Of a stretch of 64,000 nt of DNA, positions 8,318-18,945 are shown piece by piece. The notes under the pieces are model-generated. The model was not told the DNA's origin. It saw only the letters and a program-made list of their open reading frames with translations, and made no database searches. Source of the stretch: Coriobacteriia bacterium (GTDB lineage Bacteria > Actinomycetota > Coriobacteriia > WRKU01 > JAENWW01); contig JAENWW010000005.1 of NCBI GenBank assembly GCA_016649875.1, positions 12,401 to 76,400 on the forward strand, given 5' to 3'. Made by a program: the position numbers and the translations under genes. Each line of letters begins with the position of its first letter. Position 1 is the stretch's first letter.

Positions 8318-9280
8318 ATGCAGTTCCCACAGATACGAAAAAAACTAGAAGCGATTGAAAACGGGGAGGCTCCCGAAGGTTCGCGCGCTCCGCAGGAGAG
8401 AGTGCCGCGCAGACGTGCTGTGCCGTCCGATTCGGGTACGCCCGCGCCGAAGCCGCAAGTCAAGCAGACGCCGAAGCCGCAGCAACAACCGAAACAACAG
8501 CCGCAAGCCAAGCAACAGCAACAGCCGAAGCAGCAACCCAGGGCCCAACAAAAGCAGGCTCCCAAACAACAGCCGAAGTCTGCGCCCAAAGCTCAGCCGA
8601 AGTCGGCTCCCGTGTCAACGGAATCCGTAAGGCTCGAGCCGGTCACCGATGTCAAGCTCGGTACCATCTACACCCGCTTTCACACCAACATCAAAAGCGT
8701 CAAGCGTCTGACGCATGTGGCCGAGCAGATGCTCGCCGATGATAAAGATGTGGCCGACGATCTTCTCCGCGCGCAGGTCGTGCAGATCGAATCGGCGTTC
8801 GATTTTTTCATGCATGAGTTCACGGTGTTCGGAATGACGAAGATATTCCTCGGCGAGTGGGACGATACGCGAGAGTTTCGCGCCTACCCCATAACGATGA
8901 AGGATTATCGCGCAGGTATCAAAAGCCTCGATGATGACGCGTGGTTTGCCAAAACCGTTATGCGCGCCTATGAAAAACAGCCGCTCATCAGCTATATCCG
9001 GTTCACAGAAGCACTCAAGATGATCGGGATATCCTTGGAAGCACTCGAGGGGTTGTCGCAGGGCAAGCTGGACGCGCGCACGTTACGCACCATAGTCGAT
9101 CAGGCCAGCAGCCGCCGCAACCAGATTGCGCACCAGACCGACCGTGCGCATGCGAGTCGCAAACAAAATGACATCGATGCCGAGTACATTCGTACGATGC
9201 TCGGTGATATCCGCATGGTCGTGAATGCCGTTTACGAGGCGGCATTGGAAAAATCCGCAAAGAGTTCCACGGGCAAATAG
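8318..9280 (+). CDS. HEPN-domain protein (RiboL-PSP-HEPN-like) with N-terminal P/K/Q-rich low-complexity region
   Basis: DDLLRAQVVQIESAFDFFMHE helix and RRNQIAH (Rx4H) HEPN catalytic motif. Residues ~40-100 are PKQQ-type repeats. Confidence 0.7.
   Translation: MQFPQIRKKLEAIENGEAPEGSRAPQERVPRRRAVPSDSGTPAPKPQVKQTPKPQQQPKQQPQAKQQQQPKQQPRAQQKQAPKQQPKSAPKAQPKSAPVSTESVRLEPVTDVKLGTIYTRFHTNIKSVKRLTHVAEQMLADDKDVADDLLRAQVVQIESAFDFFMHEFTVFGMTKIFLGEWDDTREFRAYPITMKDYRAGIKSLDDDAWFAKTVMRAYEKQPLISYIRFTEALKMIGISLEALEGLSQGKLDARTLRTIVDQASSRRNQIAHQTDRAHASRKQNDIDAEYIRTMLGDIRMVVNAVYEAALEKSAKSSTGK
8441..8612 (+). repeat. Imperfect 12-nt tandem coding repeat (PKQQ/PKSA/PKAQ)
   Basis: Repeated CCGAAG/CCCAAA-CAG-CAA units inside the HEPN gene. 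Confidence 0.75.
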
Positions 9281-9450
9281 CAACTTTTCGAGTCGGACGG
9301 ATGAGGCATGTGTGCTCATGTCGATTCAATGCACCGCACGCGTGCCATGATAGGATAGAAGAAGCGGTTTTCACCTCAATCGTCGGTGAAACCCCGATAA
9401 GCGAAATCAATCATTCGGCGCGAACGAAGTGTGCCTGTCTCGGAGTAACA

Positions 9451-11727
9451 GTGCTTGATCTCGATACACTCAACCCTCGCCAGAAAGAAGCCGTTCTGAC
9501 CATCGAGGGGCCGTTGTTGGTGTTGGCCGGTGCCGGTTCCGGCAAGACGCGCGTCTTGACCAGTCGCATCGCGCGCCTCATCAACGACCTTGGCATCTAT
9601 CCCAGTCAGATTCTGGCCATCACCTTCACCAACAAAGCCGCGGCGGAGATGCGCAGTCGCCTCCACAAACAAATCGGGGGCGATGTCGCTTCTATGTGGG
9701 TGGCGACGTTTCACGCGATGTGTGTGCGTATTTTGCGCGCGGACGGAGAGCGCATCGGCTTCACGCGCAACTTCACCATTTACGACGACGATGATCAAAA
9801 ACGGCTGGTAAAAGAAATCATGCAAACGTTGAGCGTCGATGATAAAAATTGGACGATCAATTCGATTCGCGGTCGTATATCCACGGCGAAAAGCAGTCTC
9901 ATGTCCGCAAACGAATACGCCGCCCGCGCCTCGACGCCGCCCGAAAAGGTGACGGCTCAAATCTATGCGGAATACGAGCGCCGCCTGAAAATGGCGAACG
10001 CCATGGATTTCGACGACCTGCTCCTCAACACGGTCGTGCTTTTCGAGAAACATCGCGATGTACTTGAGGCGTATCAGAACCGCTTCCGCTATATTCACGT
10101 CGACGAGTACCAAGACACCAACCATGCCCAGTATAAAATCACGAATCTGCTCGCTGAAAAGCACCATAACCTCATGGTGGTCGGGGACGACGATCAGTCG
10201 ATCTACTCGTGGCGCGGCGCCGATATCACCAACATTCTCGAATTCGAAAAGGATTATCCCGAGGCGCACGTGGTGAAACTCGAGCAAAATTATCGCTCGA
10301 CGCAAAATATACTCGATGCGGCCAATGCCGTCGTGTCCAATAACACCGGTCGTAAAGACAAGAAGCTGTTCACCGACTCCGCGCGCGGGGAGAAAATAAA
10401 ACTCTATCTGGCGACCACGGAAAAAGACGAGGCGAATTACATCGCCGGTGAAATCGATCGTCTCACCGCCGACGGTACGCATCTTTACGGCGATTGTGCG
10501 GTCTTTTACCGCACGAACGCCCAAAGTCGAAATTTCGAGGATGCATTCTTGCGCGCGGGTATTCCGTATCGCTTGGTGGGCGGCACGAAGTTTTTCGCGC
10601 GCGTCGAGATTCGAAACGTCATGGCCTATCTCAAAGTCGTGCTCAACTCTGATGATGACATATCGGTGAAACGCATTATCAACGTTCCGCGCCGCGCGCT
10701 CGGAAAAACAACCATCGATCACGTGTCCGGTTTGGCATATGACAAGGGAGTCACGTTCGAGGCGGGCATAAAACTCGCCGTGGAAGAAGGCGCCCTTCGG
10801 TCGAATGCGATTACCTCACTCGATGATTTCGCCCATATGCTCGATGCTATGCGCGGCATGGAGGGCGGCTTGGTCGATATCGTCGAAATGATCGTCGACA
10901 AGTCGGGGTATTTGCGCTCGCTTGAAATAGAGCGCACCGATGAATCCCTCGCGCGCGCCGAGAACATCAAAGAGTTCGTCAGCGTGGTCGCCGACTACGC
11001 GCAAGAGCACGACGATGAGGAGAACACGCTTGCCGGTTTCATGGAATTCCTCGCATTGAGAACCGACCTTGACAGCGTGTCCGCCGATGACGACGCCGTC
11101 ACGCTCATGACGATCCACACCGCCAAAGGCCTCGAGTTCCCCGTCGTATTCGTGTCCGGGCTCGAAGAGGGGATATTCCCCCATCAGAACTCGATTTTTT
11201 CCGAATCCGGAGTCGAGGAGGAGCGCCGCCTTGCCTATGTCGCCATAACCAGAGCGCGCAAACAGCTCTTCTTATCCCGCGCGGCGACGCGTATGACGTT
11301 CGGCTCGACTTCATGCAATCCTGCGAGTCGTTTCATTGATGAGATTCCTAACGAGCTTCTCGAAATCGCCGGGATAGGTTCGAGAGATTACGGCGGATTC
11401 GGCCACGACAAACGAGGCGACCGCCGAGCGACATCATCGCACGGCGCCGGGACATCGCGTTATCTCGGCGGGAGCTACGTGTTCGACGACGCGGCCGTCG
11501 CCACCGGCAAGAGCCGTGTGGCCTCGTTCGGTTCGGCGAACTCCCCTTCTCGTAAAAAAGCGCATGAAAAAGTCCAGTTCGCCGTCGACGATCGTATCGA
11601 TCACAAGACGTTCGGGCGCGGTACGGTTGTCGGAGCATCGGGAGATTCGGTGGAAATCGCCTTCGACGGAACTGCGGGAACTAAAAAGTTGTTGGTAGGT
11701 TACGCTCCAATCGTTAAAATACAGTAG
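9451..11727 (+). CDS. pcrA: ATP-dependent DNA helicase PcrA/UvrD
   Basis: LAGAGSGKT, VDEYQDTN, VVGDDDQSIYSWRGA, TIHTAKGLEF and EERRLAYVAITRA motifs, plus a C-terminal Tudor-like domain. GTG start follows GGAG. Confidence 0.95.
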   Translation: MLDLDTLNPRQKEAVLTIEGPLLVLAGAGSGKTRVLTSRIARLINDLGIYPSQILAITFTNKAAAEMRSRLHKQIGGDVASMWVATFHAMCVRILRADGERIGFTRNFTIYDDDDQKRLVKEIMQTLSVDDKNWTINSIRGRISTAKSSLMSANEYAARASTPPEKVTAQIYAEYERRLKMANAMDFDDLLLNTVVLFEKHRDVLEAYQNRFRYIHVDEYQDTNHAQYKITNLLAEKHHNLMVVGDDDQSIYSWRGADITNILEFEKDYPEAHVVKLEQNYRSTQNILDAANAVVSNNTGRKDKKLFTDSARGEKIKLYLATTEKDEANYIAGEIDRLTADGTHLYGDCAVFYRTNAQSRNFEDAFLRAGIPYRLVGGTKFFARVEIRNVMAYLKVVLNSDDDISVKRIINVPRRALGKTTIDHVSGLAYDKGVTFEAGIKLAVEEGALRSNAITSLDDFAHMLDAMRGMEGGLVDIVEMIVDKSGYLRSLEIERTDESLARAENIKEFVSVVADYAQEHDDEENTLAGFMEFLALRTDLDSVSADDDAVTLMTIHTAKGLEFPVVFVSGLEEGIFPHQNSIFSESGVEEERRLAYVAITRARKQLFLSRAATRMTFGSTSCNPASRFIDEIPNELLEIAGIGSRDYGGFGHDKRGDRRATSSHGAGTSRYLGGSYVFDDAAVATGKSRVASFGSANSPSRKKAHEKVQFAVDDRIDHKTFGRGTVVGASGDSVEIAFDGTAGTKKLLVGYAPIVKIQ

Positions 11728-11743
11728 GGTTATATAACTACTC

Positions 11744-13384
11744 ATGACAAAGGACCAACCTGTGAAACCAATTTATGTATTCGGACATCGTCATCCCGAC
11801 AACGATTCCATATGTTCGGCGGTTGCCTACGCGCATTTGAAGAACATCGTCGATTCTGAAAATACCTATATACCGGCGCGACTGGGCGATGTTCCGCGCG
11901 AAACGCAGTGGGTGTTCGAGCGTTGGGGTGCCACGCTTCCCGAATACATCAGCCACATCCACACTCGTGTCGGTGACGTTATGTCTTCCGAGGTCGTCAC
12001 CATCACTGCAAATCAACCCATGATCGATGCCGGCGATATCATGCGTGGACACGGCCCGCGCGCATTACCCGTCGTCGATGATGAAGGCCGAGTCATCGGA
12101 CTTCTCAGCCAGCATAGCTTGGCGACTCAATATCTCGAGGAAACAGAGATTGTCGGATTCGCTGAGCGATCCGTTACGGTGAGCCTTCTCGCGCGTGCGG
12201 TTTCCGGCGAAATCATCGCAGGAGACGCGGAGCAGATAATAGCGGGACGTGTGCATATCGCCGCAGACGAACCCGAGACGGTCGCGAGCGTGATTACGCC
12301 CGGAGATGCGGTAATCGTCGGCAACCGTATACGAACACAACCGATTGCTATCGAGGCCGGTGCCGGAGTGCTGATCGTCACGATGGGGAAAATGCCGGCA
12401 CGAGAAGTTCTCGACCTTGCTCGTGAAAAAGGCACGGTCATCATCTTGACGGAGTTCGGTTCATACGAAGTCGCGCGCAAGGTTTCACTCGCTCAATCGG
12501 TGGGCGATATCATGGACACCGAGCTTACCCTGACGACTTCCGAGAGTCTCTTGAGCGAGGCTTCGAGCGATCTGTTTTCGAGCGCTCAGCGTGAGCTGGT
12601 CGTGGTCGACGGAGATCGTCGGTGTGTCGGTATCTTGACGCGTACCGATGTCGCGCGTGGCGGCAAGCGTCGCGTCGTGCTCGTCGATCATAATGAGCAC
12701 CTACAGTCCGCGGTCGGCATCGAAGATGCCGCTGTGGTTGAAATCGTCGACCATCATCGAGTCGGAGACATTCAGTCGGCTGGGCCGATCCTCTTCCTCA
12801 ATATGCCCGTCGGATCGACGGCGACCATCGTCGCTTTGCGATTCTTCGAGCAAAATGTCGATATGCCGCGCGAAATCGCCGGTATTCTCATTTCGGCTCT
12901 TCTCACCGACACGGTGGTGTTGAAGTCGCCGACCACCACAAAAGTCGATCATGAAATCGTTGCAAAACTCGCAGCGATGCTCGACATCGATTATAGGGCG
13001 TACGGTATGGAGCTCTTCAAATCGAAAAGTAACGGCGCAAAATTCAGTGCGAAGGATGCGCTCAATGCCGACATCAAGGAGTACCGGGTCGGAGACCTCG
13101 TTATCGCCATCGGACAATACGAAACAATAGATATTTCCGAAGTACTCGATAATCGGGAGGCCGTTAAGAAAGAAATGGGCGATCTTCTCGAAGCGAAGGG
13201 TTATGACATCGTCGTATTGATGGCTACCGATATCATTCGCGAAGGATCCGAGATGTTCGTCGCCGGCAAAGAACGCAGGGCGGAACGCGCGCTCGGCATC
13301 ACTTTGAAAGACGGAAGCGCCTGGATGGACGGGATTCTCTCTCGCAAAAAGCAGGTCGCTTCTCGTTTTATGGATGCATCGTGA
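11744..13384 (+). CDS. ppaC: Mn-dependent inorganic pyrophosphatase with CBS and DRTGG domains
   Basis: GHRHPDNDS, VDHNE, DHH and LSRKKQV family II PPase motifs, with a CBS-DRTGG-CBS insert. Confidence 0.92.
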   Translation: MTKDQPVKPIYVFGHRHPDNDSICSAVAYAHLKNIVDSENTYIPARLGDVPRETQWVFERWGATLPEYISHIHTRVGDVMSSEVVTITANQPMIDAGDIMRGHGPRALPVVDDEGRVIGLLSQHSLATQYLEETEIVGFAERSVTVSLLARAVSGEIIAGDAEQIIAGRVHIAADEPETVASVITPGDAVIVGNRIRTQPIAIEAGAGVLIVTMGKMPAREVLDLAREKGTVIILTEFGSYEVARKVSLAQSVGDIMDTELTLTTSESLLSEASSDLFSSAQRELVVVDGDRRCVGILTRTDVARGGKRRVVLVDHNEHLQSAVGIEDAAVVEIVDHHRVGDIQSAGPILFLNMPVGSTATIVALRFFEQNVDMPREIAGILISALLTDTVVLKSPTTTKVDHEIVAKLAAMLDIDYRAYGMELFKSKSNGAKFSAKDALNADIKEYRVGDLVIAIGQYETIDISEVLDNREAVKKEMGDLLEAKGYDIVVLMATDIIREGSEMFVAGKERRAERALGITLKDGSAWMDGILSRKKQVASRFMDAS

Positions 13385-14034
13385 AATGGACCTCGGTGGC
13401 GGTCGCGTTCATTATGACCGGCCTGTCCCTCTATGGATTCTATGAGATCACCGATGACATCAACACATCCGATGCAATCCTGCGCTTCGATAATATGGTC
13501 ACCGAAAAAATTCAATCATTGCGAACGCCGAGTTTCGATGTATTCATGAAGTTCATGACCTATGCCGGCGGCTTCATCGGTGTCACTCTTTTGACGCTCA
13601 CACTTTTTCTCTATCTGAGACATATCGGTCGCGTCGACGATGCGAACTTCACTCTCGCACTCGTCATGCTGGGCGCCGGCTTGGCGAATGTGCTCAAGCT
13701 GGTGCTTAAACGCGTGCGTCCCGAGGCGGCGCTCGCACTCATCACGCTTCCCTCGTCCTCGAGTTTACCCTCCGGACACTCCATGGCAAGTATGTGCTTC
13801 GCACTGGCCGCCATGGAGGTGATACTCGTCGCTCCAACGCCTTCGCTTTTCGTGAAGGCGTTGGCATGCGCGGGGTGCCTCATCTATGCGGTGCTCGTCG
13901 GTGTGTCTCGCGTCTACCTCGGCGTTCATTATCCCAGTGATGTGGCGGCGGCTTGGCTTTTGGCGGTGGCGGTGATCTCGGGCGCGACTGCGCTCAATCG
14001 CATCGGGCACATCGGACGTCATTCTCTGAGGTGA
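13381..14034 (+). CDS. PAP2-family membrane phosphatase
   Basis: K-x6-RP, PSGH and SRVYLGVHYPSDV motifs. Confidence 0.9.
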   Translation: MKWTSVAVAFIMTGLSLYGFYEITDDINTSDAILRFDNMVTEKIQSLRTPSFDVFMKFMTYAGGFIGVTLLTLTLFLYLRHIGRVDDANFTLALVMLGAGLANVLKLVLKRVRPEAALALITLPSSSSLPSGHSMASMCFALAAMEVILVAPTPSLFVKALACAGCLIYAVLVGVSRVYLGVHYPSDVAAAWLLAVAVISGATALNRIGHIGRHSLR

Positions 14035-14055
14035 TTGCGCGTAGTTCGCATGCTC

Positions 14056-15336
14056 TCAGCGTGCGAGAGGTAAGGTGACCGTGAAACAGGTACCCTTACC
14101 GAAATCGGACGATACCGAAATTTCGCCACCTATCTCCCTCACGGCGTGTTTTACCAGCGCCAAACCGAGGCCGGTACCTCCGCTTCTGCGTGACCTGCTT
14201 TTATCCACACGATAAAATCTTTCGAATATTCGCGATATGTCTTCGGGCGCAATTCCGATTCCGGTGTCGCACACGCTGATGACTCCGCTGGATTTCTCGC
14301 ACCCGACCGTCACTGTGACGGTGCCTCGATCCGTGTAGGTGAGCGCATTGTCGATGAGATTGTCGAGAATGATGGTGAGATCGGTCTCATTTGCGCGCAC
14401 GAGCAACTCTTCGGTGTCATCCGTCTTGAAGATCGTTTCGAGGGATACATTCTCATCGGCTGCGAGTTTTCGACGCGTCGAAGTGATGGTTTTCACGACG
14501 GGAATCATGTCTATGATTGCGTGTATTTCAGATGTTTCGCGCTCATAGCGTGAAAGGTCGAGGAGGTCGGACACGAGATGTTGCAATCCGCGGGCTTCGG
14601 TTTGGATCTGTTCGAGAAACGAGTGAACGGTGGCGACATCGCCGTCTTCGAGCGCCAGAAGCGCGGTCTCACCAATGAGATTGATGCCCGCGACCGGTGT
14701 TTTGAGCTCGTGGCTCGCCGCGATCACGAAGTCCTTTCGCATGAGATCGTTTTTCGACTGCTTCGTGGTATCGGTGATGCTGAGGAGTTCCATCGCACGA
14801 TTCGCATTTTGAGCGGGAAACTGCGTTGAAGTCACCTTATACGTATTTTGGAAGCGGTCGAAATCGACGATGATCGAGAGCGTCTGCCCCTTTGCCTCTG
14901 CGGCCGACGTGCCGGCTTCTCGAGCGGCGGCTCGTCCTTCGACGCGTGCTGCTGTTTTTTTCAGCTCGAGTTTTATAGACTGCGGTAGGGGAATGTCCGC
15001 CATCGTCTTGTGGACGTGCGTCTGCACGATTCCGAACAGTCTCGTCGCCGCGGCGTTGAACAGAATGAGTTGGTCTTCTTCGAACAGCAGAATCGCATCG
15101 GGGAGCACATCGACGATGTGGCTGAGTCGATTGCGCTCTTCGTCGAGGAGCACGATTTCTCGTCCGATGTTCTTCTTCAGTGCATTGATTTCACGAATGA
15201 TGGGGGCAAGCGTTCCGGAGGGTGGAAGCGTCGAGCCGCTGAAATTGCCCGCGGAAACGCGCTCGATGGTGTGCGCGACATTGTCGATGGTCTCTTTTTT
15301 CACCAAGCGGGGTATTTTATCTCCGTAGGCGCTCAT
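14056..15336 (-). CDS. phoR: PhoR-like histidine kinase (HAMP/PAS-HisKA-HATPase)
   Basis: ASHELKTP, NLIDNA, DTGIGI, FERFYRVDKSRSR and GGTGLGL motifs. It is adjacent to the pst operon. Confidence 0.85.
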   Translation of the reverse strand: MSAYGDKIPRLVKKETIDNVAHTIERVSAGNFSGSTLPPSGTLAPIIREINALKKNIGREIVLLDEERNRLSHIVDVLPDAILLFEEDQLILFNAAATRLFGIVQTHVHKTMADIPLPQSIKLELKKTAARVEGRAAAREAGTSAAEAKGQTLSIIVDFDRFQNTYKVTSTQFPAQNANRAMELLSITDTTKQSKNDLMRKDFVIAASHELKTPVAGINLIGETALLALEDGDVATVHSFLEQIQTEARGLQHLVSDLLDLSRYERETSEIHAIIDMIPVVKTITSTRRKLAADENVSLETIFKTDDTEELLVRANETDLTIILDNLIDNALTYTDRGTVTVTVGCEKSSGVISVCDTGIGIAPEDISRIFERFYRVDKSRSRRSGGTGLGLALVKHAVREIGGEISVSSDFGKGTCFTVTLPLAR

Positions 15337-16040
15337 CGGAGGTTTCCTTTCGGTTTTTCCTCGACGGAAAGCTGATATCCGACTCCATGCACGGTTTTGA
15401 GAAAGGTGTAGCGCGACGGGTCTTCGACGAGCAAACGGAGGCGTCTCACGTGAACGTCGATGGTGCGCGACGAAGTGAGATGCTCATACCCCCAGACTTT
15501 CTCGGCGATTTCTTGACGCGTACACACGTCTCCGGCCGCCGCGACGATGAGGGCGAGCAGGTCGAACTCTTTCGGGCGCAGCTCGACGGCGGTACCACCG
15601 ACACTCACCGAACGTGTGCCGGTGTTTATGGCGACATCGCCGACTTCGAACAGTTTGTCGACCGGAATCGATTCCGAACCGGCGCGTCGTAGGTTTGCCT
15701 TCACGCGCGCGACGAGCTCTTCGAGCGAAAACGGTTTGGGGATGTAGTCGTCGGCGCCCAACGTGAGGCCGGCGACTTTGTCGGTGCTCTCTCCCAGTGC
15801 GCTCACTATCAATATGACGGTATGGGGATCGGTTTCACGGACGCGTTCGGTGATTTCGAAGCCGTCCATGCCCGGAAGCATGATATCGAGAATGATGAGG
15901 TCGGGCGCGAATTTTTCAATGGTGCTCAAAGCGTTCGTTCCCTCCGCAAGTGACTTGACTTCATAGTCGAGCCTGCGTAAGGCGAACTCCACGCTTTGCC
16001 GGATGGCGAAATCATCTTCGATGATAAGTATCTTTTCCAT
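15333..16040 (-). CDS. phoB: OmpR/PhoB-family response regulator
   Basis: IEDD, LDIMLPGMDG, GADDYIPKPF, RTIDVHVRRLR and TVHGVGY motifs. TAGAAT lies 6 nt before the ATG (leaderless). Confidence 0.85.
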   Translation of the reverse strand: MEKILIIEDDFAIRQSVEFALRRLDYEVKSLAEGTNALSTIEKFAPDLIILDIMLPGMDGFEITERVRETDPHTVILIVSALGESTDKVAGLTLGADDYIPKPFSLEELVARVKANLRRAGSESIPVDKLFEVGDVAINTGTRSVSVGGTAVELRPKEFDLLALIVAAAGDVCTRQEIAEKVWGYEHLTSSRTIDVHVRRLRLLVEDPSRYTFLKTVHGVGYQLSVEEKPKGNLR

Positions 16041-16080
16041 GCGTCTATTCTACACGTGAAAACAGGGAGGAAAACTCTGC

Positions 16081-16128
16081 TTAACGAAGACTTTACATTT
16101 GCCGTTTCCTTTTTACATTCCCCTAACC
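16081..16128 (+). promoter_or_regulatory. Pho-box-like direct repeats
   Basis: TTAACG (16081), TTTACA (16092), TTTACA (16112) and CTAACC (16123) form two pairs with 11-bp spacing between phoB and pstS. They resemble the Bacillus TT(A/T/C)ACA Pho box. Confidence 0.6.
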
Positions 16129-16212
16129 ACTCAAAGATTGTGCACGGGTATCTTTACTCATGTAGGCGATGCGTCGATGAGGCGCAGGGAAAACTTTCGG
16201 AAGGAGACATCT

Positions 16213-17085
16213 GTGAAGGTTAGAAACTGGATCAAGATGCTTGGAACGGTCGCAGCGACTGCGGCATTGGTGTTTGTGCTCGTCGGTTGTGGAGGTACCA
16301 AGAGCTCCGGAGGCGATACGTCTCAGGCGCAGAGCGGGACAATTACCATCGAAGGATCCGATACGCTGATCAATCTCGCCCAAGCGTGGGCCGAGAGCTA
16401 TATGGGATCGAATTCCGGCGTGGCAATAACTGTCAAGGGCGGTGGTTCGGGAGTCGGTATCGTTTCTTTGGTAAACGGAACCGTCGATTTCGCCGATGCC
16501 AGTCGCAAAATGAAGGCAGAAGAGATCGCCGCGGATAAAAGCGCGGGTCGTACGCCGAAAGAAACCGCCGTGGCGCGTGACGGTATCGCCGTCATCGTCA
16601 ACAGCGCGAATAGTGTCAAGGGGCTGAGCACCGATCAACTTGGAAAGATCTATCGCGGCGAGACAACCAACTGGAAAGAAGTCGGCGGCAAAGACGCCCC
16701 CATCGTTCTCCTCGGTCGCGATACCTCTTCGGGAACCTATGAGTTCTTCAGCACGGCGGTGGTCGGCGCAAACGCAAAGTACGCGAAATCCATGCGCAGC
16801 ATGCAGTCGAACCAATCAATCGTCGATGAGGTCAAAGGTAACGCAAACGCAATCGGCTATGTCGGTATGGGTTACGAAAATCCGGCAATCTCCGTTCTCG
16901 AAGTAGACGGCAAGGCGGCGACCGTCGCGGCCGTCAAGGATGGCAGCTATACGCTTTCCCGCGACCTGTACATGTATTCGAACGGGGCACCGACCGGAGC
17001 AGCGAAGAAGTATCTCGACTGGATACTGAGTGACGCCGGACAAAAGATAGTCCAACAAGAGGGATTCGTCGCCCTCGGTAAGTAA
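16213..17085 (+). CDS. pstS: Phosphate ABC transporter substrate-binding lipoprotein
   Basis: AAGGAG RBS, lipobox LVGC, and GSDT, GGGSGVG and RDTSSGTYEFF motifs. Confidence 0.93.
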   Translation: MKVRNWIKMLGTVAATAALVFVLVGCGGTKSSGGDTSQAQSGTITIEGSDTLINLAQAWAESYMGSNSGVAITVKGGGSGVGIVSLVNGTVDFADASRKMKAEEIAADKSAGRTPKETAVARDGIAVIVNSANSVKGLSTDQLGKIYRGETTNWKEVGGKDAPIVLLGRDTSSGTYEFFSTAVVGANAKYAKSMRSMQSNQSIVDEVKGNANAIGYVGMGYENPAISVLEVDGKAATVAAVKDGSYTLSRDLYMYSNGAPTGAAKKYLDWILSDAGQKIVQQEGFVALGK

Positions 17086-17100
17086 CCTTTCCGTTGAAGA

Positions 17101-18033
17101 ATGTGGTATACGTTGATTAAACTCGGTAAACAACGCTCACTGAAAAGCCGCCTGAGAATGTCTCGGGCGGCTGACGTGACGGCGCGCGCGCTCATCACGT
17201 TGCTGGCTTTCACGGCCATCGCCATACTTGCCTCGATTTGCGTCTTCCTCGTGCAAAGTGCGATGAAGTCGATGGGCGAGGTCGGTCTCCTCTCCATGTT
17301 GAAGGGGACCAGCTGGTATCCGACGTCGGACCCGGCCGAATTCGGGTTCCTTCCCTCCGAACTCGGATCGTTTTGGGTAACGCTCGTCGCGCTGCTGCTC
17401 AGCGTCCCACTCGGCGTGGCCGCCGCGGTTTATCTTTCAGAATTCGCGCGTCCCGTCGTCAAAGAGTTCGGCAAGACGATTATCGAATTCATGGCTGCCG
17501 TTCCCTCGGTGGTGTTCGGTCTCATCGGTTTATATATAGTCGTGCCTCTGATCAAAACATCGTTTCATCTCGATTCGGGACTGACCGGACTGAGCGCGGG
17601 GCTTATCGTCGGCATCGTCTGTTTACCGACGATCATTTCGATATCCGAAGATGCCCTGCGTTCGGTGCCCGATGATTTGAGACGCGGTTCGCTTGCGCTG
17701 GGAAGCACACGGTGGCAAACCGCCGTGAAGATTATTTTGCCTGCGGCATCGTCGGGAATATTCGCTGCGGTGATGCTCGGGCTCGGACGTGCCATCGGGG
17801 AGACCATGGTCGTGCTCATGCTGGCCGGCAATGCGGGCATTTTACCGTCTTCGCCCTTTATGGCGGCGCGAACACTGACAGGTACCATCGCTCAAGAAAC
17901 AGGCGAAGTCATGCATGGTGGCCTGCACTATTCTGCGCTGTTCACCATGGGCCTCGTGCTCTTCGCTTGGACGTTCGTCATCAACCTTTTCGCCGATGTG
18001 ATTCTCGATCGACAAAAGAAAAAATGGAGCTGA
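17101..18033 (+). CDS. pstC: Phosphate ABC transporter permease
   Basis: AAVPSVVFG and LGRAIGETMVVLM motifs. The true start may be the ATG at 17158. Confidence 0.92.
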   Translation: MWYTLIKLGKQRSLKSRLRMSRAADVTARALITLLAFTAIAILASICVFLVQSAMKSMGEVGLLSMLKGTSWYPTSDPAEFGFLPSELGSFWVTLVALLLSVPLGVAAAVYLSEFARPVVKEFGKTIIEFMAAVPSVVFGLIGLYIVVPLIKTSFHLDSGLTGLSAGLIVGIVCLPTIISISEDALRSVPDDLRRGSLALGSTRWQTAVKIILPAASSGIFAAVMLGLGRAIGETMVVLMLAGNAGILPSSPFMAARTLTGTIAQETGEVMHGGLHYSALFTMGLVLFAWTFVINLFADVILDRQKKKWS

Positions 18034-18036
18034 GCC

Positions 18037-18945
18037 ATGGGAATGGGATCTTCAAACGAGACGGTGCCGAGGAGAATGAGCAAAGCGACCTCGCCGCGTG
18101 TACGCTCGCTTTTGCGTAGAGAGGCTGTTGCGCGCATCATCACGGGGGCGGCGCTCGCACTCGTCGTGGCAGTCGTCTTTGCGATTTTCGGTTACATCAT
18201 ATATCGAGGTGCCGGCAGCATTTCGTGGGAGTTCATCTTCGGATCGCCAAAAGACCGGATGACTCAGGGCGGCATCTGGCCGGCGATTGCCGGAACGTTG
18301 TGGCTCGTCGGTTTGACGGCTCTCTTCTCGCTTCCGGTCGGTATCGCGACGGGTATATATCTCTCCGAATTTTCCAACGGTTCGCCCTTTGCGCGGTTCC
18401 TCCACGTGGCCATTGCCAACATGGCCGGTATCCCTTCGGTGATTTACGGACTGTTCGGTTATGCGGCGTTTTCAATCGCGCTCGGTTTTCAGAAGTCCAT
18501 TCTGGCGATGGGGCTCACCTTGGCATGTGTGACGTTGCCCGTCGTCATCACTTCTACGGAGGAGGCGCTCAAGCAACTTCCGATGGAACTTCGGCGTGCC
18601 TCGCTCGCGCTCGGCGCGACGAAGTGGCGGACGACGTATCGCATCGTGGTGCCGACGGCGCTTCCAGGTATAATCACCGGGGCGATTTTGGGTCTTTCGC
18701 GCGCAGCGGGGGAGACTGCTCCGATATTGTTCACGGGTGTCGCGTTCTTCGCGGCCACTCCGACAAGCGTGACGCAGCCTTCGATGGCCTTGCCCTATCA
18801 TCTCTACATCATGGCGACACAGCCGACGGTTCCCGCTCCCAAAATCGTATGGGGAACAGCGTTGGTGCTCGTCGGAATGCTCAGTATAATCAGTGCGCTT
18901 GCGGCGACGTGGCGTAGCAGAAGGCGGAGAAAACTCACATGGTAG
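18037..18945 (+). CDS. pstA: Phosphate ABC transporter permease
   Basis: [12 protein letters not shown] and [14 protein letters not shown] motifs. Confidence 0.92.
   Translation: MGMGSSNETVPRRMSKATSPRVRSLLRREAVARIITGAALALVVAVVFAIFGYIIYRGAGSISWEFIFGSPKDRMTQGGIWPAIAGTLWLVGLTALFSLPVGIATGIYLSEFSNGSPFARFLHVAIANMAGIPSVIYGLFGYAAFSIALGFQKSILAMGLTLACVTLPVVITSTEEALKQLPMELRRASLALGATKWRTTYRIVVPTALPGIITGAILGLSRAAGETAPILFTGVAFFAATPTSVTQPSMALPYHLYIMATQPTVPAPKIVWGTALVLVGMLSIISALAATWRSRRRRKLTW

Noticed and set aside
8290..8589. Cys-rich and Leu-rich minus-strand ORFs
   Set aside because: They are the antisense shadow of the PKQQ repeat in the HEPN gene.
8441..8612. Repeat array considered as a possible CRISPR
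   Set aside because: Short in-frame degenerate coding repeats with no spacers and no cas genes. No CRISPR array was seen anywhere in the window.
9376..10722. Long antisense ORFs (also 23303-24466, 45422-46675, 46952-48067, 55445-56752, 58128-59183 and others)
   Set aside because: They are shadow frames opposite well-supported genes, as expected from codon bias in GC-rich DNA.
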